Positions 1-9,843 of a stretch of 64,000 nt of DNA are shown one piece after another. Numbering within the stretch: the first letter of the stretch is position 1; the number at the start of each line of letters is the position of its first letter. The stretch lies in NCBI GenBank assembly GCA_050952645.1, contig JBMNLI010000012.1, forward strand, positions 96,001 to 160,000, in the 5' to 3' direction. The notes below the pieces were generated by a model. That model saw only the letters and a program-made list of their open reading frames with translations. It had not been told where the DNA came from and made no database searches. The stretch is from Bdellovibrionota bacterium. Its GTDB lineage: Bacteria > Bdellovibrionota_C > UBA2361 > CAKMMH01. The position numbers were made by a program, and so were the translations under genes.

Positions 1-1
1 T

Positions 2-118
2 GAAATATTATTTATCGATAATTACCAAGATGCTAAAAAATTAGCTAATGAAAGATTTAGGCATGATGTAGCGCATGCTCTATATGTCGCTATATTAAAA
101 TATTTTAACCAAAAATAG
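2..118 (+). CDS. 3' end of N-acetylmuramoyl-L-alanine amidase (Amidase_3 family), partial
   Basis: Manual translation EILFIDNYQDAKKLANERFRHDVAHALYVAILKYFNQK* matches the Amidase_3 C-terminal pattern E-x-x-F-I-x-N-x-x-D/E-A...A-x-A-I/L. Confidence 0.65.
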   Translation, partial: EILFIDNYQDAKKLANERFRHDVAHALYVAILKYFNQK

Positions 119-143
119 TGAAACTTTAAAAAAAATAAAAGAT

Positions 144-914
144 ATGGACTATAAAGAGTGCAGAGATTTTTTTACTAGAGTTCTTCTTTTTGCTAAAAAA
201 GAGCGTGCTGAAATAAGTTTAGTCGGTGGATTTTTAAGAGATTTATTTATATTCGATGATTTTTATTCTAACGATATCGATTTTATAACTACTAGTAATG
301 TCGATAAGCTAGCTAAAAATTTTGCAGATGATTTTAAAGGGGAAGTTTTACTATTTAGCCAATTTTTAACTAGTAAGGTTAGAAATTTAAAAACTTTTAA
401 AAACGTTTATGAAGTAGACTTTGCAAGGTATAGAGAAGAAAGGTATTTAAAAAGTGGTGATTTTCCAAAAGTTAAAGCTGTTAGCGATATTAAGGAAGAT
501 TTAAAAAGAAGAGATTTTACTATAAATACATTAGTAATTCCTTTAGAAGATTTCATAAAAACTTTTGATGATAGCATAGAAAACATAGATCACATGCGTT
601 TAAGAAAGCATGTAAAAAATTATCTTTTTGCTCTAGAGGATATAGATAAAAAAATTATAAGAGTGCTACATAAAAAAAGTTTTCACGATGACCCTACTAG
701 GATTTTTCGTGCCTTTAGGTATAAGGCTAGAATTAGTGGCAGTTTCGATAAAGAAACTTTTAAACTTATTTTAGAAGCTCTTAGTAGTGGAGTACTTAAT
801 AATATATCAAAAAATAGAATTAAAAAAGAAATAGAAAAGATTAAAAAAGAGAGAGATTTTGAAAAGATTTTAAACGACCTAGAAGAGATAGGAATTAAAA
901 CCGATATAGAGTAA
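144..914 (+). CDS. cca: CCA-adding/poly(A) polymerase-family tRNA nucleotidyltransferase (short form)
   Basis: Motifs LVGGFLRD, DIDF, EDLKRRDFTIN and SFHDDPTRIFRAFRY. Confidence 0.85.
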   Translation: MDYKECRDFFTRVLLFAKKERAEISLVGGFLRDLFIFDDFYSNDIDFITTSNVDKLAKNFADDFKGEVLLFSQFLTSKVRNLKTFKNVYEVDFARYREERYLKSGDFPKVKAVSDIKEDLKRRDFTINTLVIPLEDFIKTFDDSIENIDHMRLRKHVKNYLFALEDIDKKIIRVLHKKSFHDDPTRIFRAFRYKARISGSFDKETFKLILEALSSGVLNNISKNRIKKEIEKIKKERDFEKILNDLEEIGIKTDIE

Positions 915-960
915 GCAAAAGATAAGAATAAATAAAAGTAATAGTTAGGTAATTTTAATA

Positions 961-2202
961 ATGTTAAATATTAAAAACATTGAAGCAGAAATTTCTAAAA
1001 ATGCAAAAGAGTATTTTAATACTAATATAGAAGCAAAATTTAATCCGTCTCTAGATTTAAATTTAGGAGATTTTTATTCAGATTATTGTATAGTGCTAGC
1101 TAAAGAATATAAAAAAAGCGTAAGTGAAATTTATAAGATTATTTCTAAAGACTTGTCTTTAAAAGATTACGATATTTTGCTTATAGGCGATTATATAAAT
1201 ATTAAACTAAAAAAGTTTATTATAAATAGTTTTGATATAATAAAGCCTAATGTTAAAACTAATAATGTAGAAATTAAAAGCGTAGTAATTTTTATTCCGC
1301 TACTTAAAACTTATACTAAACCGTTATTTTATAGATTATCATTTTTAGGTTTTTTAAATAAAATTTTATTTGAAAAACTAGGTGTAAAAGTAGAGTTTTT
1401 CTTAGGAAGTAAGGACTATAAGGCAAACGATTTAGGAAGTGATACGCTAAGCTTTAGCAGGCTATTAGAGAAAGTTTACGACGATTTAGACGCTAGAAAA
1501 GATATTTTAGAAAAAATATATGACCTAGATAAATTATATAATATAGAACTATTTTTAATTCATATAGGGCCAAGCACTTTTTACCAAAGAAGTTTGCCAA
1601 AAGCACTTTTCAAAACTACTAAAGCACGCACTCATTTTGCTTTAAAATTTCACTCTAAAGATTGGGGGGAGGTTTACAAAGAAGATATAGATGAGATGGA
1701 AGATTTTATAAAGAGCTTAAATAAAAACCAAAATAAGAGCCAAAATAAAAACGAAAATAAAAACGAAAATATCACTGCGCTAAACGCTCTTATGTATATG
1801 TTATCTACAAATAAAGATTTTAAAGAGATAAATTATTATGATGCTACGATAAATACACAAGAAAATTTTATATATTTTTTAAACTCCACTTTAAATAGAA
1901 TAAATAAGTTTTTTAAAGGCGATGCGAGTAAAGAAAAGGATGTCTTATATGAGTTTAGCAAAGATGATAAGCTTAGGAATATAATGCTAAGAGGCTACAC
2001 ACTAAACAGTGTTTTGTGTGATACTGTAAGGCATGGAAGAGTAGGAGACTTTTTATCATACTTTGATGAGCTACTAAGGGATGTAAATTACGTGTTGAAT
2101 ACTCCATCTTTTAGAAGTAAATTAGTAAATGGAGAAATTTCAAGCAAGACGAGTTTCGTGTTTAATTATATTAAAGTAGTATTTCAAGATTTTTTAAGAT
2201 AG
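961..2202 (+). CDS. Degenerate arginyl-tRNA synthetase-like protein (no HIGH motif)
   Basis: ArgRS N-domain-like GDFYSDYCIVLAKEYKK...GDYINIKL and DALR-domain-like ENFIYFLNSTLNRINKF. Lies directly upstream of a SPOR gene, as argS commonly does. Only 413 aa. Confidence 0.6.
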   Translation: MLNIKNIEAEISKNAKEYFNTNIEAKFNPSLDLNLGDFYSDYCIVLAKEYKKSVSEIYKIISKDLSLKDYDILLIGDYINIKLKKFIINSFDIIKPNVKTNNVEIKSVVIFIPLLKTYTKPLFYRLSFLGFLNKILFEKLGVKVEFFLGSKDYKANDLGSDTLSFSRLLEKVYDDLDARKDILEKIYDLDKLYNIELFLIHIGPSTFYQRSLPKALFKTTKARTHFALKFHSKDWGEVYKEDIDEMEDFIKSLNKNQNKSQNKNENKNENITALNALMYMLSTNKDFKEINYYDATINTQENFIYFLNSTLNRINKFFKGDASKEKDVLYEFSKDDKLRNIMLRGYTLNSVLCDTVRHGRVGDFLSYFDELLRDVNYVLNTPSFRSKLVNGEISSKTSFVFNYIKVVFQDFLR

Positions 2203-2275
2203 TGTAATATTTTTATTAGTGTTGTATTTTTTGTCTAAGTTATTTATTAAGTTATATTTAATATAAGCATTTATT

Positions 2276-3832
2276 TTGAAGCATTTATTTAGGAGCGCAA
2301 AGGAGATGATACCTTTTAAAGAGTATAGAATGAGCACACTTCAAGTAGTATGTCTAAGTGGAATAGTTATGGGATGTATGGTTTGTGCTTTTTATATAGG
2401 AACGTATTTCGGAAATAAGATAGGTTTCGAGAATGCTATGAAAGAGAATTTAGAAAACTTAGCAAAAGTTCCTATCGATTCTATCGATATCGGCAGCGAT
2501 GATACCGACGAAAAAATTTCTTTAGAAGTAGAAACGAAATTAAAACGAGATAGCTTAGCTAAGAATGAAGAGCCAACACTAGAAGATATCGTAAATAGCA
2601 AATCTCCTACAAAGAAAGAAAAAGAAGATGAAGCGATAGAAATACTTAATAAGAGATTGCTAGGAGATGTAGTTGGCGAGGATGGTAGCATTAGTCTAGT
2701 AGAAGATGTTAGCTTAGAAAAGAAGATAAAAAAGGAAGATGATAAAAACAATGAAATTATAGAAATTAGTAAAGAAGGTAATATCGATGATGTAAATGTT
2801 TTATCGGAAAAAGAAGAAGTCGAAAAAATAAGCAAATTAACTAATGTGGAATTTGAAAAAAATAAGCAAAAAAGCAAGGAAAAAGATAAAAATAAAGAAA
2901 AAGATGTAGCTAAAAGGAAAGATAAAAGGAAAGATAGAAAAGAGATAAAAGTAGATGTTAAAGAGGCTGTAGAGATTAAAAAAGAGATTAAAGAAGAGAT
3001 CAAAGATAAGGAAAGCGAAAAATATGAGGCGATTAAAAGACAGGAAGATAAAATTTTAGCAGAGGCTAAAAAAGATTTAAAAAAGGCTGATGATACCGTA
3101 AATAATCGATTTAAAGAGGAAGCTTCTAGGCAAAATGCGCTTAAAGTAGAGCCAGCTTTAATCCAAAGAGCAAATAGAGGAGTAGAACCAAGAATAGTAG
3201 AGCAAGTGCCTAGTCAATTACCTAGTCAATTACCTAGTCAAGCACCTAGTCAATTTAGAGAAGATATATTTGAAAGTCCTAATATTCAAGCAAGGCCGCA
3301 AGATAGATCTGTTCAAGATAGTTCTATGCAAGATAGATTAGTGCAAAAAAGGCAAGTAGCACCTCTTAAAGGCTATCAAGGTAGCAGGCAAGGCGCCAGC
3401 GGACAAGGCAGCGGACAAGGCAGCGACGTTAGCTACCAAGGAGGCTATAGAGGAGGTTATCAAGGAGGCGTGCAAGGAGGAAGACGAGCGCCACAACAAG
3501 TAGGCGAGTATCAAAGACCACAATTGCCACAAAGAGAGCAAGTCGGATCTCAAAATCCTAGTCTTGCAAGAACTCGGCAAGCAAGTATTCAAAAAGGCTA
3601 TTACGTGCAAATAGCTTCTCTTAGCAATGAGATGGATGCTAATATTTTAGTAAATAAAGTTAATAGTTCGGGTTTTAAAACTAAAGTGCAAACGACGATA
3701 GTGAGTGGGGTAAAATATTATAGAGTTCTTTCTGGCCCAGAGGATACGCATATCCACGCTCAAAGAATGGTTGAAGAGTTAAAAAGAGAGCCTTATATTA
3801 CGTCTAATCCTTTTGTAGTAGAGTTTAAGTAA
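2276..3832 (+). CDS. SPOR domain cell-division protein (FtsN/DedD-like)
   Basis: N-terminal TM helix, long charged and Q/G-rich linker, C-terminal SPOR (GYYVQIASLS...YYRVLSGP). True start may be a downstream ATG. Confidence 0.85.
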   Translation: MKHLFRSAKEMIPFKEYRMSTLQVVCLSGIVMGCMVCAFYIGTYFGNKIGFENAMKENLENLAKVPIDSIDIGSDDTDEKISLEVETKLKRDSLAKNEEPTLEDIVNSKSPTKKEKEDEAIEILNKRLLGDVVGEDGSISLVEDVSLEKKIKKEDDKNNEIIEISKEGNIDDVNVLSEKEEVEKISKLTNVEFEKNKQKSKEKDKNKEKDVAKRKDKRKDRKEIKVDVKEAVEIKKEIKEEIKDKESEKYEAIKRQEDKILAEAKKDLKKADDTVNNRFKEEASRQNALKVEPALIQRANRGVEPRIVEQVPSQLPSQLPSQAPSQFREDIFESPNIQARPQDRSVQDSSMQDRLVQKRQVAPLKGYQGSRQGASGQGSGQGSDVSYQGGYRGGYQGGVQGGRRAPQQVGEYQRPQLPQREQVGSQNPSLARTRQASIQKGYYVQIASLSNEMDANILVNKVNSSGFKTKVQTTIVSGVKYYRVLSGPEDTHIHAQRMVEELKREPYITSNPFVVEFK

Positions 3833-3993
3833 GGGAAGGTAGAAAGACTCGCTGCTAGCTATAACGCTGTTTGTTATAATTTTGCTACTAGTAAGAGCAT
3901 TAGTTTTAAAAAAAGCTTAAAGATTTTAGCACTTACCATCCGAAAATATATTAGATAGGAATAAATTGTTTTATAACCTTATAAATTTTTTAG

Positions 3994-5826
3994 ATGACTA
4001 ATTCTTTACTAGAACCGAACAAAGATATACTAGATCGCATTTCCCATTGTGTAATTACAGATGTCGGAAAAAAACGAGAGACTAATCAAGATAGTTTTAT
4101 CGCTGTCTGTGGCGAGAATTTTAAATTATTCGTCGTTTGTGATGGCATGGGTGGAACCGACGGTGGGGAGATAGCAGCAGGAATAACGATCTCATATTTA
4201 CAATCTGAACTTTCAGGAAAAAAAATAAATGATATAGAAGATGTTAAAGAGGTGGTGTTTTTAGCTAATAAGCACGTTTTCGATTATGGCGCTGAACATA
4301 AAGAGGTTCAAGGACTAGGAACTACCATTACGACTTTACTAGTAATGGCTAAAGGGTCTTGGATATTAAATGTAGGAGATTCTAGAGTTTATAAAATTGT
4401 AGCTAACTCCATGGAGCAAATAACGCAAGACGATACGGTTTTACAAGAGTTAATTAAGTCTGGTGCAGTATCTAAGGAAAAAGCTAAAAGCCACCCTATC
4501 GCTAATATGCTAACTAAAACCATAGGGCAAGGAGATAGCCTAGAGATAGAAAGTAAGAGAATAGGTTTTTTAGATGATAGCGAACTTTATCTACTTTGCT
4601 CAGATGGGCTATACAATATGCTCTCAGATGAGGAAATCTTAAAAATAATTAAAGAGAGTAGCCCTCAAGAGGCCGTAAAAAAATTAGTAGAAGAAGCGAA
4701 TGATAATGGGGGTGCCGATAATATTACAGTAATGATAGTAGGAACGTTTGAAGAAGAGCTTAATAATACTACTAATGTTGATAATGATTTTTCTTCTAAA
4801 GACAAGCCAAAAATAAAAAAGCCAAAGGAAATAGTAACTAGAATAAATTATAAGAATTTAAGTCAAAAAGTTTTTCAAGCAAAGCTAAATGAAGATGGTA
4901 ATGCTGAGCAAAAAAACGATGATTATAAAACTTCTCAAAATAATAAAAATATAGATAAAGAGAATATAGATAAAGAAAAACCTCGTGAAATTACTCAAAA
5001 AGATTTATATTTATCGAATACGGATTCCAAAAAATTTATTCGACTTTTTTTATTATCGCTTTCAATCATTTTATTATTAATTTTTATGCCTGCTAAAAAT
5101 AATAAAAACGCACCTAAGGAAAAAGAAAAAAAATTAGTGGGCATTATCGGTGATATAAAAGTAGTAGAGAAAGAATATAAATTTAAAATGAAAGATATAG
5201 AAAAAAAGGTTGATACAAATACCACAGTTAATTATATAAAAGTTAATTATACAGAAGAAGAAAAAAAAGCTTACGACGATATTTTAAATTTACTTCAAGA
5301 AAAAAAAGAACTATCTAAAAGATTTTTACAAAACGAGAAGAATATATTACTAACTTCGATTAAAGAAGCTGAGAGAAAAATAGAAAAACTTGCGAAAAAA
5401 GAAAAAGAACTCAGAGGCTATAATGGGCAAAGTCTGATAGATATCGCTAGCAAGATATCGCTAAAAGATAAGAAAAAAGGAAGTAGTGAAAATAATAATG
5501 AAAATAATGGCGTAAAAAAAGCGTTAGATGATTTTTTAAATTTTTCTTATAGCATTTTAGATAAAAACTTATCGCAAAAAGATTACGACAGTTTAATGAG
5601 TGCTAAAATTAAAGCTTTAAATGAACGAGTAGAAAAATACGTATATAATAATTTAATAAAGCTTAAAAAAAGTGTAAAAGAAACACAAGAAAAAATTTTA
5701 CTTAGTCGCCTTAATTTATCTCTAGTAAATTTAAAGTTAGAATACGTTCAAGTGCTACAAAGTGGCGATGAAGAAGCTCTTGAAAATTTTAAGTTAAAAA
5801 TAGAAGCTCTAAGAGAAAGGCTTTAA
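3994..5826 (+). CDS. PP2C-family Ser/Thr phosphatase with TM helix and C-terminal coiled coil
   Basis: TDVGKKRETNQD, VVCDGMGG, LNVGDSRVY, LLCSDGL, GGADNIT; TM at about aa 349-366. Confidence 0.9.
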   Translation: MTNSLLEPNKDILDRISHCVITDVGKKRETNQDSFIAVCGENFKLFVVCDGMGGTDGGEIAAGITISYLQSELSGKKINDIEDVKEVVFLANKHVFDYGAEHKEVQGLGTTITTLLVMAKGSWILNVGDSRVYKIVANSMEQITQDDTVLQELIKSGAVSKEKAKSHPIANMLTKTIGQGDSLEIESKRIGFLDDSELYLLCSDGLYNMLSDEEILKIIKESSPQEAVKKLVEEANDNGGADNITVMIVGTFEEELNNTTNVDNDFSSKDKPKIKKPKEIVTRINYKNLSQKVFQAKLNEDGNAEQKNDDYKTSQNNKNIDKENIDKEKPREITQKDLYLSNTDSKKFIRLFLLSLSIILLLIFMPAKNNKNAPKEKEKKLVGIIGDIKVVEKEYKFKMKDIEKKVDTNTTVNYIKVNYTEEEKKAYDDILNLLQEKKELSKRFLQNEKNILLTSIKEAERKIEKLAKKEKELRGYNGQSLIDIASKISLKDKKKGSSENNNENNGVKKALDDFLNFSYSILDKNLSQKDYDSLMSAKIKALNERVEKYVYNNLIKLKKSVKETQEKILLSRLNLSLVNLKLEYVQVLQSGDEEALENFKLKIEALRERL

Positions 5827-6015
5827 AAAAATTTTCCTTTTAAACTCTTGCTTTGAACTTTTTCAAAAGAAATGTTTTGTTAATTATTTCGACATACTTT
5901 ATATGTTATTTGATGTGATCTTTTAGTTTCGATTATGCTTTAGAGATTTTCTTTTATAAGTTCTCGTTCACATTATTTTTGTAATTTTTTTTGCAAAATT
6001 TTAAAAGGAATAATT

Positions 6016-7131
6016 ATGCAAATGTTTTATACAAAACTTACACTCTCGCTTATTGCGATGAGTTTAAAATCTGCGCACGTTAAAGAATATAGCGATTATC
6101 TTGCTAAAAATTTAATTTATGAAGATGATAATTTTTTAAGTTTAATTGAAGAAAATTTTCCAAATATTATAGAAAAATATAATGATAAATTAGTTATTGA
6201 TACGGTCGAAGAAAATATTGCAAAATGGGAAAAACAAGATATTAAATTTTTATTACTCGGCACTTTAGATTATCCTCAGGCGCTTAAAAATATTTATAAT
6301 CCTCCCTTAGTCTTGTTTTATAAAGGGACTTGGAAAAAAGATTACGATTATAATTTTTCAGTTGCCATAGTAGGCTCGAGAAAGGCTAGCGTTATGCAGA
6401 CTAAGTTTGTAAACCAGTTTGCTAGCGTGCTAAGTTTTTCTAATATATGTGTAGTAAGTGGGCTAGCGCAAGGTATAGATGCCGCTTCTCACATGGGCGC
6501 AATAAGTGGCGATGCAAATAAGTTTCCTACGATTGCAGTTCTAGGAAGTGGGGTAAATTATATATACCCTGCAGTTCATAAGTATTTAGCACACAAGATA
6601 ATAGACAAAGGTGGCATCTTGTTAAGCCATTTTTTGCCAGACACTGCCCCTTTTCCTTATAATTTTTTAGATAGAAATAGAGTTATCTCAGGGCTTTCAA
6701 GGATAGTAATAGTAGCGCAAGCCGCTGCTAGAAGTGGGGCACTTTCCACCGCTAGATATGCACTAGAGCAAGGAAGAGACCTCCTAGCAGTTTTAGGCCC
6801 AGTGTATGATGATAGTTTTGTAGGCTCTAATAATTTAATTACGCAGGGCGCTACGCCGATAGCGAGCGTTGAAGATTTTTTTAAATTATATCCAGAATAT
6901 TTACTAGATAAAAATTTAGATAAATTTGAAGATAATAAAATTATAAACTTTGAAGATGAGAAAGAAAAACAAGTTTATGAGTATATTAGAAAGCATAAAA
7001 AAGTTTCTAGAGAAGAACTGCACGAAAAATTTACTGATAGTAATTTATCGCTTACTGTTATAAATTTGTTAGCAAGAAATCTTATAGAGTCGCTCCCAGG
7101 GGATGAGTATTGTTTAGCACAAGGTTTGTAG
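6016..7131 (+). CDS. dprA: DNA-protecting protein DprA
   Basis: YPQALKNIYNPPLVLFYKG, VAIVGSR, VVSGLAQGID, FLDRNRVISGLS, SGALSTA. Confidence 0.95.
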   Translation: MQMFYTKLTLSLIAMSLKSAHVKEYSDYLAKNLIYEDDNFLSLIEENFPNIIEKYNDKLVIDTVEENIAKWEKQDIKFLLLGTLDYPQALKNIYNPPLVLFYKGTWKKDYDYNFSVAIVGSRKASVMQTKFVNQFASVLSFSNICVVSGLAQGIDAASHMGAISGDANKFPTIAVLGSGVNYIYPAVHKYLAHKIIDKGGILLSHFLPDTAPFPYNFLDRNRVISGLSRIVIVAQAAARSGALSTARYALEQGRDLLAVLGPVYDDSFVGSNNLITQGATPIASVEDFFKLYPEYLLDKNLDKFEDNKIINFEDEKEKQVYEYIRKHKKVSREELHEKFTDSNLSLTVINLLARNLIESLPGDEYCLAQGL

Positions 7132-7229
7132 AAAGAAAAGATTGTCGTTTTTTTATTTTTTCTATTTTCTTTATGTTTTATGTTTTATTTTTTTGAAATT
7201 TATTTTTATAATCTTCGATAACTTCTATT

Positions 7230-7805
7230 ATGAGTGTAATAATATTTTATCAAAATAGCGCATCGCTAAAAAATGAATATTTGCAAATAAGGGGCTTAGG
7301 AGGAAGTGTCGGGTTAGATAAGCGTGGAAGCATTGCTAGCGAAGATATCCTAGAGCATTATTTTCGAGTTGACGCTATAGGAAAAGAGTACGTTTTAAAA
7401 GTAGGAGAGCAAAACATACTTCTTCCTAAATATTTTAAAGCAAACATTAATAATATAGATTTTATTTTCTATACTACATCTCCTACTAGTGAGAGTTTAA
7501 CTTATACTTATTACGACTTAGATTCCTTTGATATTAAAAACAAGAAATTTATTACATTAAATTTAAGTTATAATTTAACGATGCTTTCAATAAAAATTTA
7601 TGAAGGGATAGAATATTATTTAGGCTCTTCAAAAGTTTCTTCTATTTGTATAGCAGAGAATTTTGTAGCTCCCTACCACTCGAAAATTACTTATGAAAAT
7701 GAGCAAATAAAAATTGTAGATGTAGCTGGAAGTTTAAAAAAAGAGGGAGAATATGCATATAGTTTAAATGATATTTCTCTAGTATTTGAAAAAGAGTTAA
7801 ATTAA
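7230..7805 (+). CDS. Hypothetical protein with degenerate C-terminal FHA-like domain
   Basis: YYLGSSKVSSICIAENFVAPYHSKITYENEQIKIVD follows FHA spacing, but the pThr-binding R and S are replaced. Confidence 0.45.
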   Translation: MSVIIFYQNSASLKNEYLQIRGLGGSVGLDKRGSIASEDILEHYFRVDAIGKEYVLKVGEQNILLPKYFKANINNIDFIFYTTSPTSESLTYTYYDLDSFDIKNKKFITLNLSYNLTMLSIKIYEGIEYYLGSSKVSSICIAENFVAPYHSKITYENEQIKIVDVAGSLKKEGEYAYSLNDISLVFEKELN

Positions 7806-7823
7806 GTTTTAGTTTTTTGTTTT

Positions 7824-9074
7824 TTAACCTTGCAATGCTTTATAGATGTTTTCTATCCAAACGACTGGCTTGTCGCATTTTGAAAACCAAGTGTCTGCAT
7901 TCGCATCTTTTGCTAACGTTTCTAAGTTTTGTTTTGATATATTAGAAAAAAGCGCTATTTTCAAGCTTGGCATAGTTTGCTTTAACATTTTACACAGATC
8001 ATTTCCGTTTATATTAGGCATATTAACGTCTGAAATTAGCAAGTCTATGTTTTCTTGAAATAGGTAGCTATGAATAGTTGATGGGTCTTGAGTAGTAAGA
8101 ACCTCAAAGCCTTCTTTCGTTAGTATATGGCTTAATATATTTAATATCATTTGATTATCATCTATACATAAAATTTTCGTTTTTTCTTGTTTGTTATTAT
8201 TTGAATTTTTATAAGTAGAGTTTTTATTTTCTTTTCCTAAAACTTCTTTGCAATCTTGCATAAAACTATCTGCCGTTTGGTATCTATTATTAGGTATTTT
8301 TTGTAGTGCCTTGTTTACGATATTTGCCACATCTTCTTTTATATTTAATGAGCTATCGAAAGGTGGCACTGGATTAGTTAAATGCATTAAGAGAGTTTGC
8401 ACTACCGTTTCTCCAAAGAAAGGAACTTTGCCAGCTAGAAGCTCGTATAGAACTATGCCTGCTGAATATATATCGATCCTCGAGTCGAGCTCCACCTCTC
8501 CTGCTGCTTGTTCTGGTGCCATATATTGAGGAGTTCCAAGGGCTGAGCCATCGATAGTTTTAGTATCGTTTAATTTTAAATCTTGCTTCATTTTAGCTAT
8601 GCCAAAATCTAGCACTTTTAATTCCGTGTAGTCATCAAGGGTATTATTAAAGTTTACTATAATGTTATCAGATTTAATATCTCTATGAACGATACCGTCG
8701 CTATGGGCGCAAGATAGCACGTCTAAAATATCTATTAAAATTCTTAGTGCTAAATGGTAATCTAAGGGGCCACATTTTTTTACGCATTTGCTAAGCGTGA
8801 TTCCTCTACAAAAGTCTGTAGTCATGTAGTAGCGACCATCTTTAGTTTTTCCGAAATCTCTAAGTTTAGCGGTATTTTTATGAGAAAATTTTTCTAGCAC
8901 TCTCGCTTCTTCTATAAAACGCTCTACAATCTGAGAGTTGTTCGATACTTCTTTTGATAGCAGTTTTAGGGCGTATTGTAGTTTTAAGTCCTCGTGTTCT
9001 ACAAGGTAGACATCTCCCGTTGCCCCAGAGCCTAATAGTCTAATAATGTTATATTTTTCAGCGATTTTTTCCAT
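7824..9074 (-). CDS. Hanks-type Ser/Thr protein kinase with C-terminal receiver (REC) domain
   Basis: LGSGATGDVY, ALKLL, HRDIKSDN, DFG, GTPQYMAPE; REC motifs ILCIDDN, DLLISDVNMP, WFSK. Confidence 0.92.
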   Translation of the reverse strand: MEKIAEKYNIIRLLGSGATGDVYLVEHEDLKLQYALKLLSKEVSNNSQIVERFIEEARVLEKFSHKNTAKLRDFGKTKDGRYYMTTDFCRGITLSKCVKKCGPLDYHLALRILIDILDVLSCAHSDGIVHRDIKSDNIIVNFNNTLDDYTELKVLDFGIAKMKQDLKLNDTKTIDGSALGTPQYMAPEQAAGEVELDSRIDIYSAGIVLYELLAGKVPFFGETVVQTLLMHLTNPVPPFDSSLNIKEDVANIVNKALQKIPNNRYQTADSFMQDCKEVLGKENKNSTYKNSNNNKQEKTKILCIDDNQMILNILSHILTKEGFEVLTTQDPSTIHSYLFQENIDLLISDVNMPNINGNDLCKMLKQTMPSLKIALFSNISKQNLETLAKDANADTWFSKCDKPVVWIENIYKALQG

Positions 9075-9107
9075 TTATTCGTTATGTTTTCGTAATGCTA
9101 AGGTATA

Positions 9108-9135
9108 TAGTCGGCAAAATAGAAAAAATTATTTA
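9108..9135 (-). promoter_or_regulatory. Putative sigma-28 (FliA)-type promoter for the kinase-REC gene
   Basis: Minus strand reads TAAA-N16-GCCGACTA, about 35 nt upstream of the start. Confidence 0.45.
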
Positions 9136-9239
9136 TAAAGTTTTTATAAAGATTTATAAAAGATTTTTAAATTTATCTATCTTTTTTGAAAGTTATAGCA
9201 TCAAAGCTATTAGGAAGTTTTTAAAAGGGTTAGTTTCGT

Positions 9240-9602
9240 ATGCAAGAAGAAAAAAAAGAAGAAATAATAAAAGAAAAAAGCAGAAAAGATAATCTAGACA
9301 ATTGTTCAATTCAAGATAAGGTTGGTACTTTGCAATTTTTTTACGATGTTAATCTAGTCGTATCTGTTGAGCTTGGTAGAATAGAGTGTACACTCGATAA
9401 GTTAATAAGGCTTAAAAAGGGCTCTATTATCGAACTCGATAAGCTTCCTGAAGAACCTTTAGATATAAGGGTAAATAATAAACTGCTAGCGCAAGGAGAA
9501 GCCGTAGTAGTAAATGATAAATTTGGAGTTCGCGTAACTCAGATAGTGTCCCCAGATGGCGAGCTAGATGCGCTAGCAGCTGTAAGCAATTCTGCTAAAT
9601 AA
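9240..9602 (+). CDS. fliN: FliN/SctQ-family SPOA domain protein
   Basis: DVNLVVSVELGR, GSIIELDK, PLDIRVN, QGEAVVVNDKFGVRVTQI. Confidence 0.88.
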   Translation: MQEEKKEEIIKEKSRKDNLDNCSIQDKVGTLQFFYDVNLVVSVELGRIECTLDKLIRLKKGSIIELDKLPEEPLDIRVNNKLLAQGEAVVVNDKFGVRVTQIVSPDGELDALAAVSNSAK

Positions 9603-9843
9603 ATTCATAAAATAAAATTTCTAAATAAAAAACGTAAAATAAAAAATCTAAAATAAATGATTCAATATAAATAACGCAAAATAAATTACAAACTGCTAAA
9701 GAATATAAATCCTGTTTTTTAAAACAGCATTATAATTTTAGCCTATAAAAAATTCTATATTGTCGGATTTTCATTTTCTTGATAAATTTGTAAACAGATA
9801 GGCGTATTGTGCCGTATAACTTTAAATTTAAAGGATTAAAAAG

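Noticed and set aside
2392..3003. 203-aa minus-strand ORF, and similar shadows at 3338, 4995, 14935, 15167, 28801, 29248, 40466 and 53226
   Set aside because: Antisense to well-supported genes; F/S/L-rich composition is expected from the reverse complement of K/E-rich coding DNA.
9095..9292. 65-aa ORF overlapping fliN
   Set aside because: Overlaps the fliN start and the divergent promoter region; no RBS or motif.
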